Positions 55,227-64,000 of a DNA stretch of 64,000 nt are shown in pieces. A program made the position numbers and the translations under genes. Source of the stretch: an uncultured Chloroflexia bacterium (GTDB lineage Bacteria; Chloroflexota; Limnocylindria; Limnocylindrales; CSP1-4); NCBI GenBank assembly GCA_963734935.1, contig CAVTIO010000004.1:200263-264262 (forward strand). The letters run 5' to 3'. Position 1 is the first letter of the stretch. Each line of letters begins with the position of its first letter. A model generated the notes under the pieces. The model was given only the letters and a program-made list of their open reading frames with translations, did not search any database and was not told where the DNA came from.

Positions 55227-56234
55227 TCAGTCGCCGTAATCGCGCGGATGCGCCTGGCGCCACGCCCAGGCCGACCCGATCATCTCGATGAGCGTCGAGC
55301 GCCGGGGCGTCCAGCCGAGCACATCGCGTGCCCGCGCGTTCGAGGCCACCAGCACCGGCGGGTCACCCGCGCGTCGCGGACCGATCCGATGAGGGATTGG
55401 CCGGCCCACCACGGACTCGGCCGCGGCGAGCACCTCACGCACGGAGAACCCGGTCTCGGTGCCCAGGTTGCACGCGAGCAGGGGCGCCGCGTCGTTCTCC
55501 GTCACGTCTGCGGACGAGGGACCCGTGGCCTCGATCGCGGCGAGGTGCGCGTCCGCGAGATCCGAGACGTGGATGTAGTCGCGGACCGCGGTTCCGTCGG
55601 GTGTCGGGTAGTCGTCGCCGTAGACGGTCATCGCCGCCCCTGACTCGAGCGCGTGGAGCAGGTTGGGGATGAGGTGGGTCTCGGGCCGGTGGGCCTCGCC
55701 CAGCCGACCGTTCGCGCCGGCCACATTGAAGTAGCGCAGAGCGACGCTTCGGAACCCGTACGCCTCGCCATACCAGCGCAGCGCTCCCTCGAAGGTGCGC
55801 TTGGTCTCGCCATACGGGTTGATCGGCCGCAGCGGCGCGTCCTCGGTGATCGGCGTCACGTCGGGGATGCCGTAGACGGCCGCGGTCGAGGAGAAGACGA
55901 CCCGTCGAATACCCGCCTCGCGCGCGGCCTCGAGGAGCGCGATGCCCCCGGCGACGTTGTCGCGATAGTAGCGGGCCGGATCACGGATGCTCTCGGGGAC
56001 CAGCGAACGAGCCGCGCAGTGGAGGATGACGTCCACCGCCTCCTCCTCGAGCACGGCGCGGACCCGGGCCGTGTCGCCATACGTGCCCACGTGGAGGGCC
56101 GCGTCCGGGTGCGCGATCGCGCGGTGGCCGGTCGAGAGGTCGTCGAGCACCGCGACCTCGTGGCCTGCGGCCAGGATGGCGTCGACGGACACGCCACCGA
56201 CATAGCCGGCGCCTCCGGTGACCAGGATCTTCAC
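55227..56234 (-). CDS. galE: UDP-glucose 4-epimerase
   Basis: 335 aa. MKILVTGGAGYVGG Rossmann start, YGETKRTFE (YxxxK), and SSTAAVYG. Confidence 0.8.
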   Translation of the reverse strand: MKILVTGGAGYVGGVSVDAILAAGHEVAVLDDLSTGHRAIAHPDAALHVGTYGDTARVRAVLEEEAVDVILHCAARSLVPESIRDPARYYRDNVAGGIALLEAAREAGIRRVVFSSTAAVYGIPDVTPITEDAPLRPINPYGETKRTFEGALRWYGEAYGFRSVALRYFNVAGANGRLGEAHRPETHLIPNLLHALESGAAMTVYGDDYPTPDGTAVRDYIHVSDLADAHLAAIEATGPSSADVTENDAAPLLACNLGTETGFSVREVLAAAESVVGRPIPHRIGPRRAGDPPVLVASNARARDVLGWTPRRSTLIEMIGSAWAWRQAHPRDYGD

Positions 56235-56707
56235 GTGCGCTTCCTCCGCAGCAGTCGGTCGAGAACGCTGGGCGACGATGCCTTCCGCTTCGTCGCGGGC
56301 GGCGTGGTGAGCGCCGGCGACGACGGGGTCGAGGGTGTCGTGGCACCGACCCTCGTGGGCGCGACCGGCAGCGTGCCCTGTCGCGAGGCCGGCTGGATGG
56401 GCTCCGGCGCGGGCGGCGGAGGCTCGGACCCGAGCGTTGGCAGTGCTTCGCCGCGGGCTGCGAACACCTCATCGAGGCGTGCAGCAAGGCGCCGTGCCGC
56501 GACGTTCTCCGGATCGATGTCCAGCGCCCGGCGCGCCTCGCGGTAGGCCGTCGCATCGTCAGCGCGTTCCAGCGCGACCCGCGCCAAACCCACGACGGCG
56601 ATCGCGTTGCGTGGGTCATTGTCGGCCGCCTGCCGGTACAGGCGCTCCGCCTGGTCGACGAGCCCGACGGACAGTGCACGCTCCGCCTGGAGCAACAGCT
56701 CGATCAT
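56231..56707 (-). CDS. TPR-repeat protein with Pro/Thr-rich tail
   Basis: 158 aa. Two or three TPR-like helical hairpins (AERLYRQAADNDPRNAIAVVGLARVAL; YREARRALDIDPEN), then a low-complexity tail. ATGA overlaps on both sides. Confidence 0.5.
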   Translation of the reverse strand: MIELLLQAERALSVGLVDQAERLYRQAADNDPRNAIAVVGLARVALERADDATAYREARRALDIDPENVAARRLAARLDEVFAARGEALPTLGSEPPPPAPEPIQPASRQGTLPVAPTRVGATTPSTPSSPALTTPPATKRKASSPSVLDRLLRRKRT

Positions 56708-58116
56708 CCGGGCGTGGCCTGGAGGTCCATGTCGGCAAGCATGCCCTGTGCCAGCAACAGCAGCGAGCCACGCTCGTTCAGGGCTGGATCTGCGATCACG
56801 CGCTCCGTCAGGGCGCCCAGCACGCGGCCGAGCGCTGGACCCTGGGCGATCCCCAGCTCACGGATCAGGTCGTTGCCGTCGATGACGAGCGCGTGACGAT
56901 CGAGGGCAGCCCCGGCCGCGACCTCCGCCTCGACCCTGGCACGGAACGCGACCAGATCGGGTGAGTCCGGATCCACGTCGCTGCCGATGTCGTCGGCGCG
57001 GCGCAGCGCGAACAGTGCGTCGATGCGTTCCTGGCCCACCCGCCGGATGAACCGCCTGATGGCCGCGTCCGTCACGTTCGGCTCGATCGGGAACATGTGA
57101 TGGCGAACGAGATGGACGATCTCGTCGATGACGGCCTTCGGGGAGTGGAGGCGACGAAGGAGCACCTCGGCCTGGTGGGCGCCGACGGTGTCATGCTCAT
57201 GGAAGTGGCCGGCGGCGAACGTGGCGGGCTTGCCGATGTCGTGGAGCAGTGCTGCCAGGCGCACGACCGGCCGGTCGGCAGGAGCGGCATCGACCGTCCG
57301 GAGCGTGTGGTCCCAGAGGTCCTCACCCGAGACCTTGGCCTGGGGGATGCCGCGCTGGGCCGCGAGCTCGGGCGAGATGACCTCGAGCACGCCGGCGTCG
57401 TGCGCCAGCGCGAGGCCGATCGACGGTCGTGGGGCCGCCAGCAGGCGGGCCAGCTCGGCGCCGATGCGCTCGCCCGAGAGATGCGCGATCAGCGCCGCGT
57501 TGCCCCCGATGGCCTCAAGGGTCGCGGGCTCCACCTCGAACCCGAGCATGGCCGCGAAACGGACCGCGCGCACCATCCGCAGCGCGTCCTCCCGGAAGCG
57601 CTCGCCGGGATCGCCCACAGCGCGGAGTCGTCTCGTCGCCAGGTCGGCCAGCCCGCCGAACGGGTCGACGAGGTGACGCTCCGGTTCCGCCGTCGTCCGC
57701 CCCCACGCCATCGCGTTCACGGTGAAGTCGCGGCGCGCGAGGTCGGTCTCGATCTCGTCGCCGAACTCGAGGCGGTGGGGTCGTCGGAAGTCCGCGTACT
57801 CGTGCTCGATGCGAAACGTCGTGATCTCGAAGACCAGGTCCGCACGGCGAACCGCCACCGTCCCGAACCGGTTCTCGTAGATGGCACCGGGCAGCGCTCG
57901 CGCCAGCGCCTCGGGGCGCGCATCAGTGGCCAGGTCCCAGTCCGCCGGCCGGCGCTCCATGAGAACGTCGCGGAGCGAGCCGCCGACGACGTAGGCGGCG
58001 TACCCGGCATCGTGCAGCTCGCCCAGCATGGCCGTCACCGCGGCCGGGATCGACCGGCTGAGGCGGGCTTCCGCAGTCGCGACCGCGCCCCCGGCCGTGC
58101 CGTTCGGGCTGGTCAT
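56704..58116 (-). CDS. cca: CCA-adding tRNA nucleotidyltransferase with HD domain
   Basis: Internal start at 58116 gives 470 aa. Pol-beta NT motif GGSLRDVLMERRPADWDLAT, RRDFTVNAMA, and HD motif LHDIGKP. The upstream part of the track frame is probably non-coding. Confidence 0.75.
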   Translation of the reverse strand: MTSPNGTAGGAVATAEARLSRSIPAAVTAMLGELHDAGYAAYVVGGSLRDVLMERRPADWDLATDARPEALARALPGAIYENRFGTVAVRRADLVFEITTFRIEHEYADFRRPHRLEFGDEIETDLARRDFTVNAMAWGRTTAEPERHLVDPFGGLADLATRRLRAVGDPGERFREDALRMVRAVRFAAMLGFEVEPATLEAIGGNAALIAHLSGERIGAELARLLAAPRPSIGLALAHDAGVLEVISPELAAQRGIPQAKVSGEDLWDHTLRTVDAAPADRPVVRLAALLHDIGKPATFAAGHFHEHDTVGAHQAEVLLRRLHSPKAVIDEIVHLVRHHMFPIEPNVTDAAIRRFIRRVGQERIDALFALRRADDIGSDVDPDSPDLVAFRARVEAEVAAGAALDRHALVIDGNDLIRELGIAQGPALGRVLGALTERVIADPALNERGSLLLLAQGMLADMDLQATPG

Positions 58117-58124
58117 GGCGCTGC

Positions 58125-58640
58125 TCAGTTGCGCCCGAGGAACAGGTAGGTCCGCCAGGCCTCGTTGCGCGTGTCGGCCAGGTACGGGGTGAACAGCGAG
58201 TAGACGTCGCTGCGCGGCTCGAAGGGCGGACGGAACAGCCTCAGCCGCGCTTCCTCCGGCGTGTGCCCGCCCTTGCGGTGGTTGCACGACTTGCACGCGG
58301 CGACCAGGTTCTCCCAGGTATGCCCGCCGCCGCGATGGCGGGGGACGACGTGGTCGAGCGTCAGGTCGCTCGACTGGCGGCCGCAGTACTGGCAGGTGTT
58401 GCGGTCACGGCTGAAGATCTCGCGACGCGTCAGCTTCACGCGCGGGCGCGGGCGCTTGATGTGGTGCTGGAGCCGGATGACCGACGGCGCGCGGTAGACC
58501 CGGCGAACCGTCCGGATCTCCGCGTGGTTGTACTCGATAACCTCGGCCTTGGCACCGAACACCAGCCGGAACGCCCGCGGGATGTTGCAGACGTTCAGCG
58601 GCTCGTAATTCTGGTTCAGCACGAGCACGACGCCGTCCAT
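58125..58640 (-). CDS. HNH endonuclease family protein
   Basis: 171 aa. CQYCGR ... DHVVPRHRGG ... CKSCNHRKG gives the HNH beta-beta-alpha zinc finger with two CxxC pairs. Confidence 0.65.
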   Translation of the reverse strand: MDGVVLVLNQNYEPLNVCNIPRAFRLVFGAKAEVIEYNHAEIRTVRRVYRAPSVIRLQHHIKRPRPRVKLTRREIFSRDRNTCQYCGRQSSDLTLDHVVPRHRGGGHTWENLVAACKSCNHRKGGHTPEEARLRLFRPPFEPRSDVYSLFTPYLADTRNEAWRTYLFLGRN

Positions 58641-58721
58641 CGGCCGAACGATAACAGGACCGCCAGAAGGTGCGGTCCCGGAGATTCGGAGCGCCTCGAC
58701 GGTGCTGGCGGCCGTGTCCCG

Positions 58722-58922
58722 TCAGACCCTGGGTGGGTCCATCGCCCGCTCGATGCGAGCGATCTCGATCTCGATCCGACCGACCTCGTCGGACGCCTTC
58801 TCCCACGCCTCGCTGCCAAGCGCCGCGGCGTTCCGTCGTCGGCGCGCCTCGGCATGCTCCGCGAGCAGCTGGTCTCGGGTCTTGGCCGGCTTGCGGGCGC
58901 GGGCCTTGGTCTGGTCGGGCAT
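58722..58922 (-). CDS. small hypothetical basic/helical protein
   Basis: 66 aa. Lys/Arg-rich N-terminus, then a helix. Coding is uncertain. Confidence 0.3.
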   Translation of the reverse strand: MPDQTKARARKPAKTRDQLLAEHAEARRRRNAAALGSEAWEKASDEVGRIEIEIARIERAMDPPRV

Positions 58923-59009
58923 CGTTCCTCCGCGGCTCTTCGGGGAGCAGCAGCACAGAATGTACCGCGCCGACGCGGTCGATGACGTCCGTCCTGTCGA
59001 TCTCCGCGC

Positions 59010-60479
59010 TCAGCCGCCCGCGTCTGCCGCCCGTCCGCTGCGCCCGGCATCCGTGCCGCCGCGTCCCGCGTCGGCGCCGCTGCGCGCGGAACCCGTGCTG
59101 CCGTGTCCGGGATCGCCGATGCTGCCGTGCGGGCCGGCCATCCGCCGCACGGGATCGCCCGCCGCCGCCGGTCCCGGCCGAAGCACCCGCGCGTACCAGC
59201 GCGCATCCTCCGGGTGCACCTTGTAGCTGATCCGTGCGTTCCGCCGCTCTGTGAACCAGTGGGCGATGGTCTGGCACGGCGTCGCTGGCTCAGTCAGCTC
59301 CAGCAGGGCGCCGGATTCGACGTCACGTCCGAGCGCCAGCCAATCGCCAGCTCGGAGCGAGGCCCAGTCGATCCCCAGCAGCGTGAGGTTCTCGCCGACG
59401 GCCCCCGGGAATGCCTGGTGGCCGTCCTCGCGCACCCGCTCGATCGCCTCCTGCGCGTACAGGCAGACCGCCGCATCGGGTCCGCCGTGGATCGAGTCCG
59501 CGTGACCATCCCCATCGAGCCCGAGCGCTCCGATGTGACGTGCATCGGACGCGGGCTTCGGAACGCCGCCGCCGTTGGCGTTCACCGACGCCACGATCCC
59601 AGCATCACCGGGCGTGATCGTTCGTCGCTCGGCGGACATGATCTCGGTCTCGTACGGCAGCTCGATTCGCTCGCGATCCCGCGTGTCCGGATCGGCTGCC
59701 AGCACGGCGTCGATGTCGGCCAGGACGGCCGCCCGGACATCTGGCGCGGCGGCGGCCACGAAGCTGATCGACGAGACGCGGTCGTGCAGGCCATCGGCCG
59801 TCAGGGTCTGTGCGTGCCGGAACGTGCGTGTCTCCCACGGGCCGAACAGGCCGCTCCGTCCGAGGGCCGCCCGCCAGGCGCCGTCCCACACCTGTCGCTC
59901 ATCTTTCGCAAGCTCGCGGACCCGCTCGTCCAGGGCGCGCACCCAGGGGACGGACTCGTCGCGCAGGTTCCAGGCAAGCAGCAGCTGCCCGCGAGGCCGC
60001 AGGACGCGATGGATCTCGGAGAGCGCCCTCACCGAATCGAACCAGTGGAACGCCTGGGCGACGACGACCGCGTCAACCGAGCCTGACGGCAGTCCGATCG
60101 CCTCGGCCGTTCCATCCACCATCATCACCGGCCCCTCGCCGCCGCGCTCGGTCGACGCGGTGGCGGCGAGCAGCGCGGCACGCATCTCGACGACCGGCTC
60201 GATGGCAAGGATCCTCGCACCCGAGGGGACCAGCAGCCGGGTCAGCTTGCCCGTCCCCGCGCCCAGCTCCAGCACCGTGCGTCCAGCATGCAGGTCGAGC
60301 GAGCGGACGATCTCGGCGACGGCGTCGGGTGGATAGTCGGGTCGCGCGCGCTCGTAGGCTTCGGCACCCGCCGCGAAACCTCGAGCCGCGATCGGATGCA
60401 CGGCCGCCACGCCGTCGGTCACAGCCAGCTCGGGCTCGCGCATCGGCTCGCCGCTCATGTGCAGCGGCTCGTCGCTCAT
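59010..60479 (-). CDS. fusion: class I SAM-dependent methyltransferase + MOSC (YiiM-type) domain
   Basis: Internal start MSDEPLHMSGEP at 60479 gives about 489 aa. SAM motif I VLELGAGTGKLT, then methyltransferase motifs. The C-terminal half matches the MOSC/YiiM domain (GLDGDGHADSIHGGPDAAVCLYAQE ... FPGAVGENLTLLGID ... PCQTIAHWF). Gly/Ala-rich tail. Confidence 0.65.
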   Translation of the reverse strand: MSDEPLHMSGEPMREPELAVTDGVAAVHPIAARGFAAGAEAYERARPDYPPDAVAEIVRSLDLHAGRTVLELGAGTGKLTRLLVPSGARILAIEPVVEMRAALLAATASTERGGEGPVMMVDGTAEAIGLPSGSVDAVVVAQAFHWFDSVRALSEIHRVLRPRGQLLLAWNLRDESVPWVRALDERVRELAKDERQVWDGAWRAALGRSGLFGPWETRTFRHAQTLTADGLHDRVSSISFVAAAAPDVRAAVLADIDAVLAADPDTRDRERIELPYETEIMSAERRTITPGDAGIVASVNANGGGVPKPASDARHIGALGLDGDGHADSIHGGPDAAVCLYAQEAIERVREDGHQAFPGAVGENLTLLGIDWASLRAGDWLALGRDVESGALLELTEPATPCQTIAHWFTERRNARISYKVHPEDARWYARVLRPGPAAAGDPVRRMAGPHGSIGDPGHGSTGSARSGADAGRGGTDAGRSGRAADAGG

Positions 60480-60544
60480 GCGCCAACGATATCGCGAGGC
60501 CGGCCGGCGCTCGACGCCGGCAGCAGCTCGCGGGGGGAGGGACT

Positions 60545-60578
60545 GTGTCGGTATATTCGTGCTATTCTCAAGTCGCAC
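60545..60578. promoter_or_regulatory. repeated TTCGTGCT motifs and inverted repeat GCACG-TTTT-CGTGC
   Basis: Lies in the 127-bp divergent region between the methyltransferase-MOSC gene and the MarR-like gene. A putative operator; weak. Confidence 0.25.
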
Positions 60579-60606
60579 GTTTTCGTGCTGGAGTACGATC
60601 GAACCG

Positions 60607-61349
60607 TGACCGAACCGGCCCGCACAGACGCGATCATCGCGCGCGCCGGCTCGCCCATCGCCGAGGAGATTCGGCTTCAGCTGGCCGACGCCTGGGGTGA
60701 GATGGGCGCAGCCTGGGGTGTCGCACCGGCGATCGCACGCGTCCATGCGTACCTGATGGCCCGCCAGGGACCCCTGACCGAGCGGGAGGTTCGTGAGGCG
60801 CTCGGTCTCAGCCACCGGGCGGCGAGCCTGGCGCTGGCGGAGGCAGAGGCATGGGGCCTCGTCGAGCGCGTCGCGGAACCGCGTCGTGTCGGACGGCGCG
60901 GACCGGCCGGCACCGCCTACATGGCGATCGGTGATCACTGGCGATGGTTCGGACGGGTGGTCGCCGAGCGCAAGGTGCGCGAGGGTGACCCGATCGTCGC
61001 CGTGCTCGAGGAGACGCTGTCCGAGACGTCGATCGCGATCAGCCGCCACCCCCAGGACATGGACCTCATTCGGCTTCGCGACTGGCTGTCGACGTTCCTG
61101 GTCTTCGTCCGCCTCTTCGACCGTGCCGTGGGCCTCGTGTCGCGCCTCGAGCCCACCGAGCTGGAGCGCGCGCTCCGGCTCCTGGGCGAGGTGCCCGATG
61201 AATCGATCATGCGCCTGGTGAAGCTGCTCGACGACCTTCCCGACGAGGACGTGCTGGGCCTCGTCGAGGCGCTGTCGCGGCTCTCGCCGACCTCGGCCCG
61301 CCGCGCGACGACCTTGATGAGCGGGGTGGTCAAGACCCTCGTCCGGTAG
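60607..61349 (+). CDS. MarR/GbsR-like winged-helix transcriptional regulator
   Basis: GTG start at 60607. About 247 aa. HTH region PLTEREVREALGLSHRAASLALAEAEAWGLVERV. The upstream part of the track frame lacks a coding signature. Confidence 0.55.
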
Positions 61350-61523
61350 GCGATCGTCGGCCCGGGCTGGCCGCCGGCTTCACGCGGCTGGGTTCGCGGC
61401 GATTCGCGGGCGTCGTGCGATAATCCGATGGTCACGTCGGACCCAACCGGCTCGAGCGGGCGACGACCCCGGGGCAAGCCAGCGGCCGACGGTACGTGCG
61501 TCCTTCGGAGAGCCCAACCAGCC

Positions 61524-62408
61524 ATGACACAGATGTCCACCTGGGCCACCAAGAAAGGCCTGGCCCAGATGCTCAAGGGCGGCGTCATCATGGACGTCGT
61601 CACGCCTGACCAGGCCAAGATCGCCGAGGAGGCCGGCGCTGTCGCGGTGATGGCGCTCGAGCGCGTGCCCGCCGATATCCGTGCCGCCGGCGGTGTGGCC
61701 CGGATGTCCGACCCGGCCATGATCGAGGGGATCATGGCGGCCGTGAGCATCCCGGTGATGGCCAAGGCCCGGATCGGCCACTTCGTCGAGGCGCAGGTCC
61801 TCGAGGCGCTGGGCGTGGACTATATCGACGAGTCCGAGGTCCTCACGCCGGCCGACGAGCGCAACCACATCGACAAGCACGCGTTCAAGGTGCCCTTCGT
61901 GTGTGGCTGCCGGAACCTGGGCGAGGCCCTGCGCCGGATCAACGAGGGTGCCGCGATGATGCGCACCAAGGGTGAGGCCGGCACCGGAAACGTCGTCGAG
62001 GCGGTGCACCAGCTGCGCGACGTGCTGGCCGAGATCCGCCGTCTCCAGGGCATGCGCGAGGACGAGCTGTTCGTCGCTGCCAAGGAGCTCGGCGCGCCGT
62101 TCGAGATCGTCAGGGACGTGGCCGAGCACGGGAAGCTGCCGATCGTGAACTTCGTCGCAGGCGGGATCAGCACGCCCTCCGATGCGGCGCTCGTGATGCA
62201 GCTGGGTGCCGAGGGCGTCTTCGTTGGATCCGGGATCTTCAAGTCCGAGGATCCGGCCCGCATGGCGAACGCGATCGTCCAGGCGACCACCCACTACCAG
62301 GACGCGAAGATCGTGGCCGAGGTCAGCAAGGGCCTCGGCGCCCCGATGCGCGGACTCGCCATGGAAGCCATCCCCGAGCAGGAGCGGCTCGCGGTCCGCG
62401 GTTGGTAG
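61524..62408 (+). CDS. pdxS: pyridoxal 5'-phosphate synthase lyase subunit PdxS
   Basis: Internal ATG at 61524 gives 294 aa. [11 protein letters not shown] and [10 protein letters not shown] motifs. Essentially collinear with PdxS throughout. Confidence 0.9.
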   Translation: MTQMSTWATKKGLAQMLKGGVIMDVVTPDQAKIAEEAGAVAVMALERVPADIRAAGGVARMSDPAMIEGIMAAVSIPVMAKARIGHFVEAQVLEALGVDYIDESEVLTPADERNHIDKHAFKVPFVCGCRNLGEALRRINEGAAMMRTKGEAGTGNVVEAVHQLRDVLAEIRRLQGMREDELFVAAKELGAPFEIVRDVAEHGKLPIVNFVAGGISTPSDAALVMQLGAEGVFVGSGIFKSEDPARMANAIVQATTHYQDAKIVAEVSKGLGAPMRGLAMEAIPEQERLAVRGW

Positions 62409-62449
62409 GGAACGGCGGGGAGCGCCGGGGTGACCCGGAGCGCAGCGTG

Positions 62450-63088
62450 ATGACAATCGGGGTGCTCGCACTGCAGGGCGCCTTCATCGAGCATGTCTCG
62501 GTGCTGCGCGCGATCGGGGCCGACCCGGTGGAGATTCGGCTGCCCCGACAGCTCGACGACATCGACGGGCTTGTCATCCCGGGTGGCGAGAGCACGACGA
62601 TGCGGCGCCTGATCGACCGCTGGGCGCTGCGTGACCCGATCCTGGCCCTGATCGACCGCGGCGCACCGGTGCTGGGCACGTGCGCCGGGATGATCGTGCT
62701 GGCAAAGGAGATCGCGGGCGGTGATCCGCCGGTGCTGCCCGTGCTCGACGTCACGGTCGAGCGCAACGCGTTCGGACGCCAGCTGGACTCGTTCGAGACC
62801 GAGCTGGACGTACCGGTGCTGGGATCGCAGCCGGTCCACGCGGTATTCATCCGCGCCCCGGTGATCACGCGGGTCGGACCGGGCGTGGCCGTGATGGCCA
62901 CCCTCGACGATGGGCGCGTGGTCGCGGTCAGGGAGCGGAACGTCCTCGCCACCGCGTTTCATCCCGAGCTTGCCGGGGAGACGCGCTTCCACCGGCTGCT
63001 GACCACGATGGCGTCCGAGCATGCGGATCCGGGCGAGGGCGTCGGGCGGCGGCCGCATCCGACGCGGCGCTCGGCGCAGGGGCGGTAG
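62450..63088 (+). CDS. pdxT: pyridoxal 5'-phosphate synthase glutaminase subunit PdxT
   Basis: Internal ATG at 62450 gives 212 aa. MTIGVLALQGAF start, catalytic GTCAG, and the triad region FHPEL. Confidence 0.85.
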   Translation: MTIGVLALQGAFIEHVSVLRAIGADPVEIRLPRQLDDIDGLVIPGGESTTMRRLIDRWALRDPILALIDRGAPVLGTCAGMIVLAKEIAGGDPPVLPVLDVTVERNAFGRQLDSFETELDVPVLGSQPVHAVFIRAPVITRVGPGVAVMATLDDGRVVAVRERNVLATAFHPELAGETRFHRLLTTMASEHADPGEGVGRRPHPTRRSAQGR

Positions 63089-63092
63089 CGCG

Positions 63093-64000
63093 ATGGCGAA
63101 GAGCACGGGCAAGGTGCGCGCGGCCCGCCTGACCGACCTGGCCGCGCTCGGCGAGCTGTCCCGACGGGCCCAGGCCGACACCGGTGGGACGCGGTCGCTT
63201 GGCCTGCCCGTGGCTGGACCACGGATCGGCATGTTCAGCCTCTTTCGCCTGCCGCTCGGAGCGTTCAGCCCGCACGACGTGCTGTACGTGTTCGACCGCG
63301 ACGGGCAGATCGCCGGGCTGCTGCGGGCGGAGCGCGACAGCCCGCGCGACGAATGGACGGTGGTCGAGCTGGACGCCGTGGGCGACCTGGACGCCGGCGA
63401 CGTCCGCTATCGCCTCGTCCAGCACCTCCTGCGTGACGGCGCGAAGCGCGGGGCGATCCGGTTCCACGTCGCGTGCGTCGACGCCGACGACAATGTCGAG
63501 CTGTTCATGCAGAGCGGGTTCATCCGCTTCGGTGACGAGCGGGTGCTGTACCGCGAGCCCGGTCAGGCGATGCCCAAGCCGCTCGCGGAGAAGGCGGCAC
63601 GCGAGGCGGGCATCCGGCCGGCATCGCCGCTGGACGCCGTGCCGATGTCGCGCCTGTACACCTCGATCACGCCGGCGCCGGTGCAGCGTCTCGAGGTGAT
63701 CCGGGTCACCGACTGGGAGCGCCAGGGCCGTGAGTCGCGGGTGCCGCGGTCGTCGCTGGCGCCGATCCTGCGCTTCGCCGACGTCGAGGCGTTCGTGATG
63801 GAGGCACCGGGGGGCGGCACGGACGGGACGCAGCTCGACGCGATGGTCCAGATCGGCGTGGCCAAGGAGGACCAGCCGCACTACCTCAAGCTGATGGCCC
63901 GGCCCGAGGTCGACCCGTCGCCACTCATTCGTCACGCCCTCGGCGTCATCGGCGCACGGGCGGAGACGTCGAACATGCAGCGCCAGGGCGTGCTGGCTCC
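63093..64000 (+). CDS. putative GNAT-like acetyltransferase domain protein (partial, runs off window end)
   Basis: Open frame from ATG 63093 with no stop before 64000. Coding-like GC3. FHVACVDADDNVELFMQSGF resembles a GNAT core, but the match is weak. Not in the ORF track because no stop occurs in the window. Confidence 0.35.
   Translation, partial: MAKSTGKVRAARLTDLAALGELSRRAQADTGGTRSLGLPVAGPRIGMFSLFRLPLGAFSPHDVLYVFDRDGQIAGLLRAERDSPRDEWTVVELDAVGDLDAGDVRYRLVQHLLRDGAKRGAIRFHVACVDADDNVELFMQSGFIRFGDERVLYREPGQAMPKPLAEKAAREAGIRPASPLDAVPMSRLYTSITPAPVQRLEVIRVTDWERQGRESRVPRSSLAPILRFADVEAFVMEAPGGGTDGTQLDAMVQIGVAKEDQPHYLKLMARPEVDPSPLIRHALGVIGARAETSNMQRQGVLA

Noticed and set aside
62928-63935. 335-aa minus-strand ORF overlapping pdxT and the downstream GNAT-like gene.
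   Set aside because: Antisense to two coding-like plus-strand frames and Arg/Pro-rich with low complexity. Considered spurious.

Overview
High-GC (about 70%) gene-dense chromosomal segment, actinobacterial in character, with about 70 CDS. Most are arranged in translationally coupled operons; at least 20 junctions are 4-nt ATGA/GTGA start-stop overlaps. Recognisable content, left to right: an FabI-like SDR and ribokinase; a minus-strand membrane operon (ferric-reductase-type heme membrane protein, two membrane-anchored coiled-coil proteins, ApbE flavin transferase) next to znuC-znuB-zur-znuA; a DsbA-like oxidoreductase with VKOR; an MMPL transporter coupled to an AttH/CrtC-like lipocalin lipoprotein; lysine 2,3-aminomutase; TetR-controlled small-molecule-binding proteins; a rhodanese sulfurtransferase; a DmpA-like peptidase; pabB-pabC; two DUF885 proteins; a DUF433 orphan; OsmC/DUF302; SufT-like, PduO-type adenosyltransferase, BI-1 and F420-type reductase genes. 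Next comes a long sulfur-trafficking operon: Rrf2-sufC-sufS-sufU, then a MoeZ-like E1 with an N-terminal rhodanese domain, a CysO-like carrier, CysM and a Mec JAMM protease. This is followed by a 930-bp repeat-rich intergenic island carrying an XRE regulator flanked by inverted repeats, with 21-bp tandem repeats upstream of xfp-ackA. The right half holds a tandem USP; a six-copy 21-bp tandem array; and a long minus-strand operon (HNH endonuclease, CCA enzyme, TPR protein, GalE, a catalytically degenerate DNA-ligase-like protein, a GT-A glycosyltransferase, a Usp-Usp-GpgS fusion, glycerate kinase, Nth, DUF885, nucleoside hydrolase). It ends with a methyltransferase-MOSC fusion, a MarR-like regulator, pdxS-pdxT and a partial GNAT-like gene. 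No rRNA, tRNA or CRISPR arrays were found. All calls rest on motifs read directly from the translations; no database searches were run.
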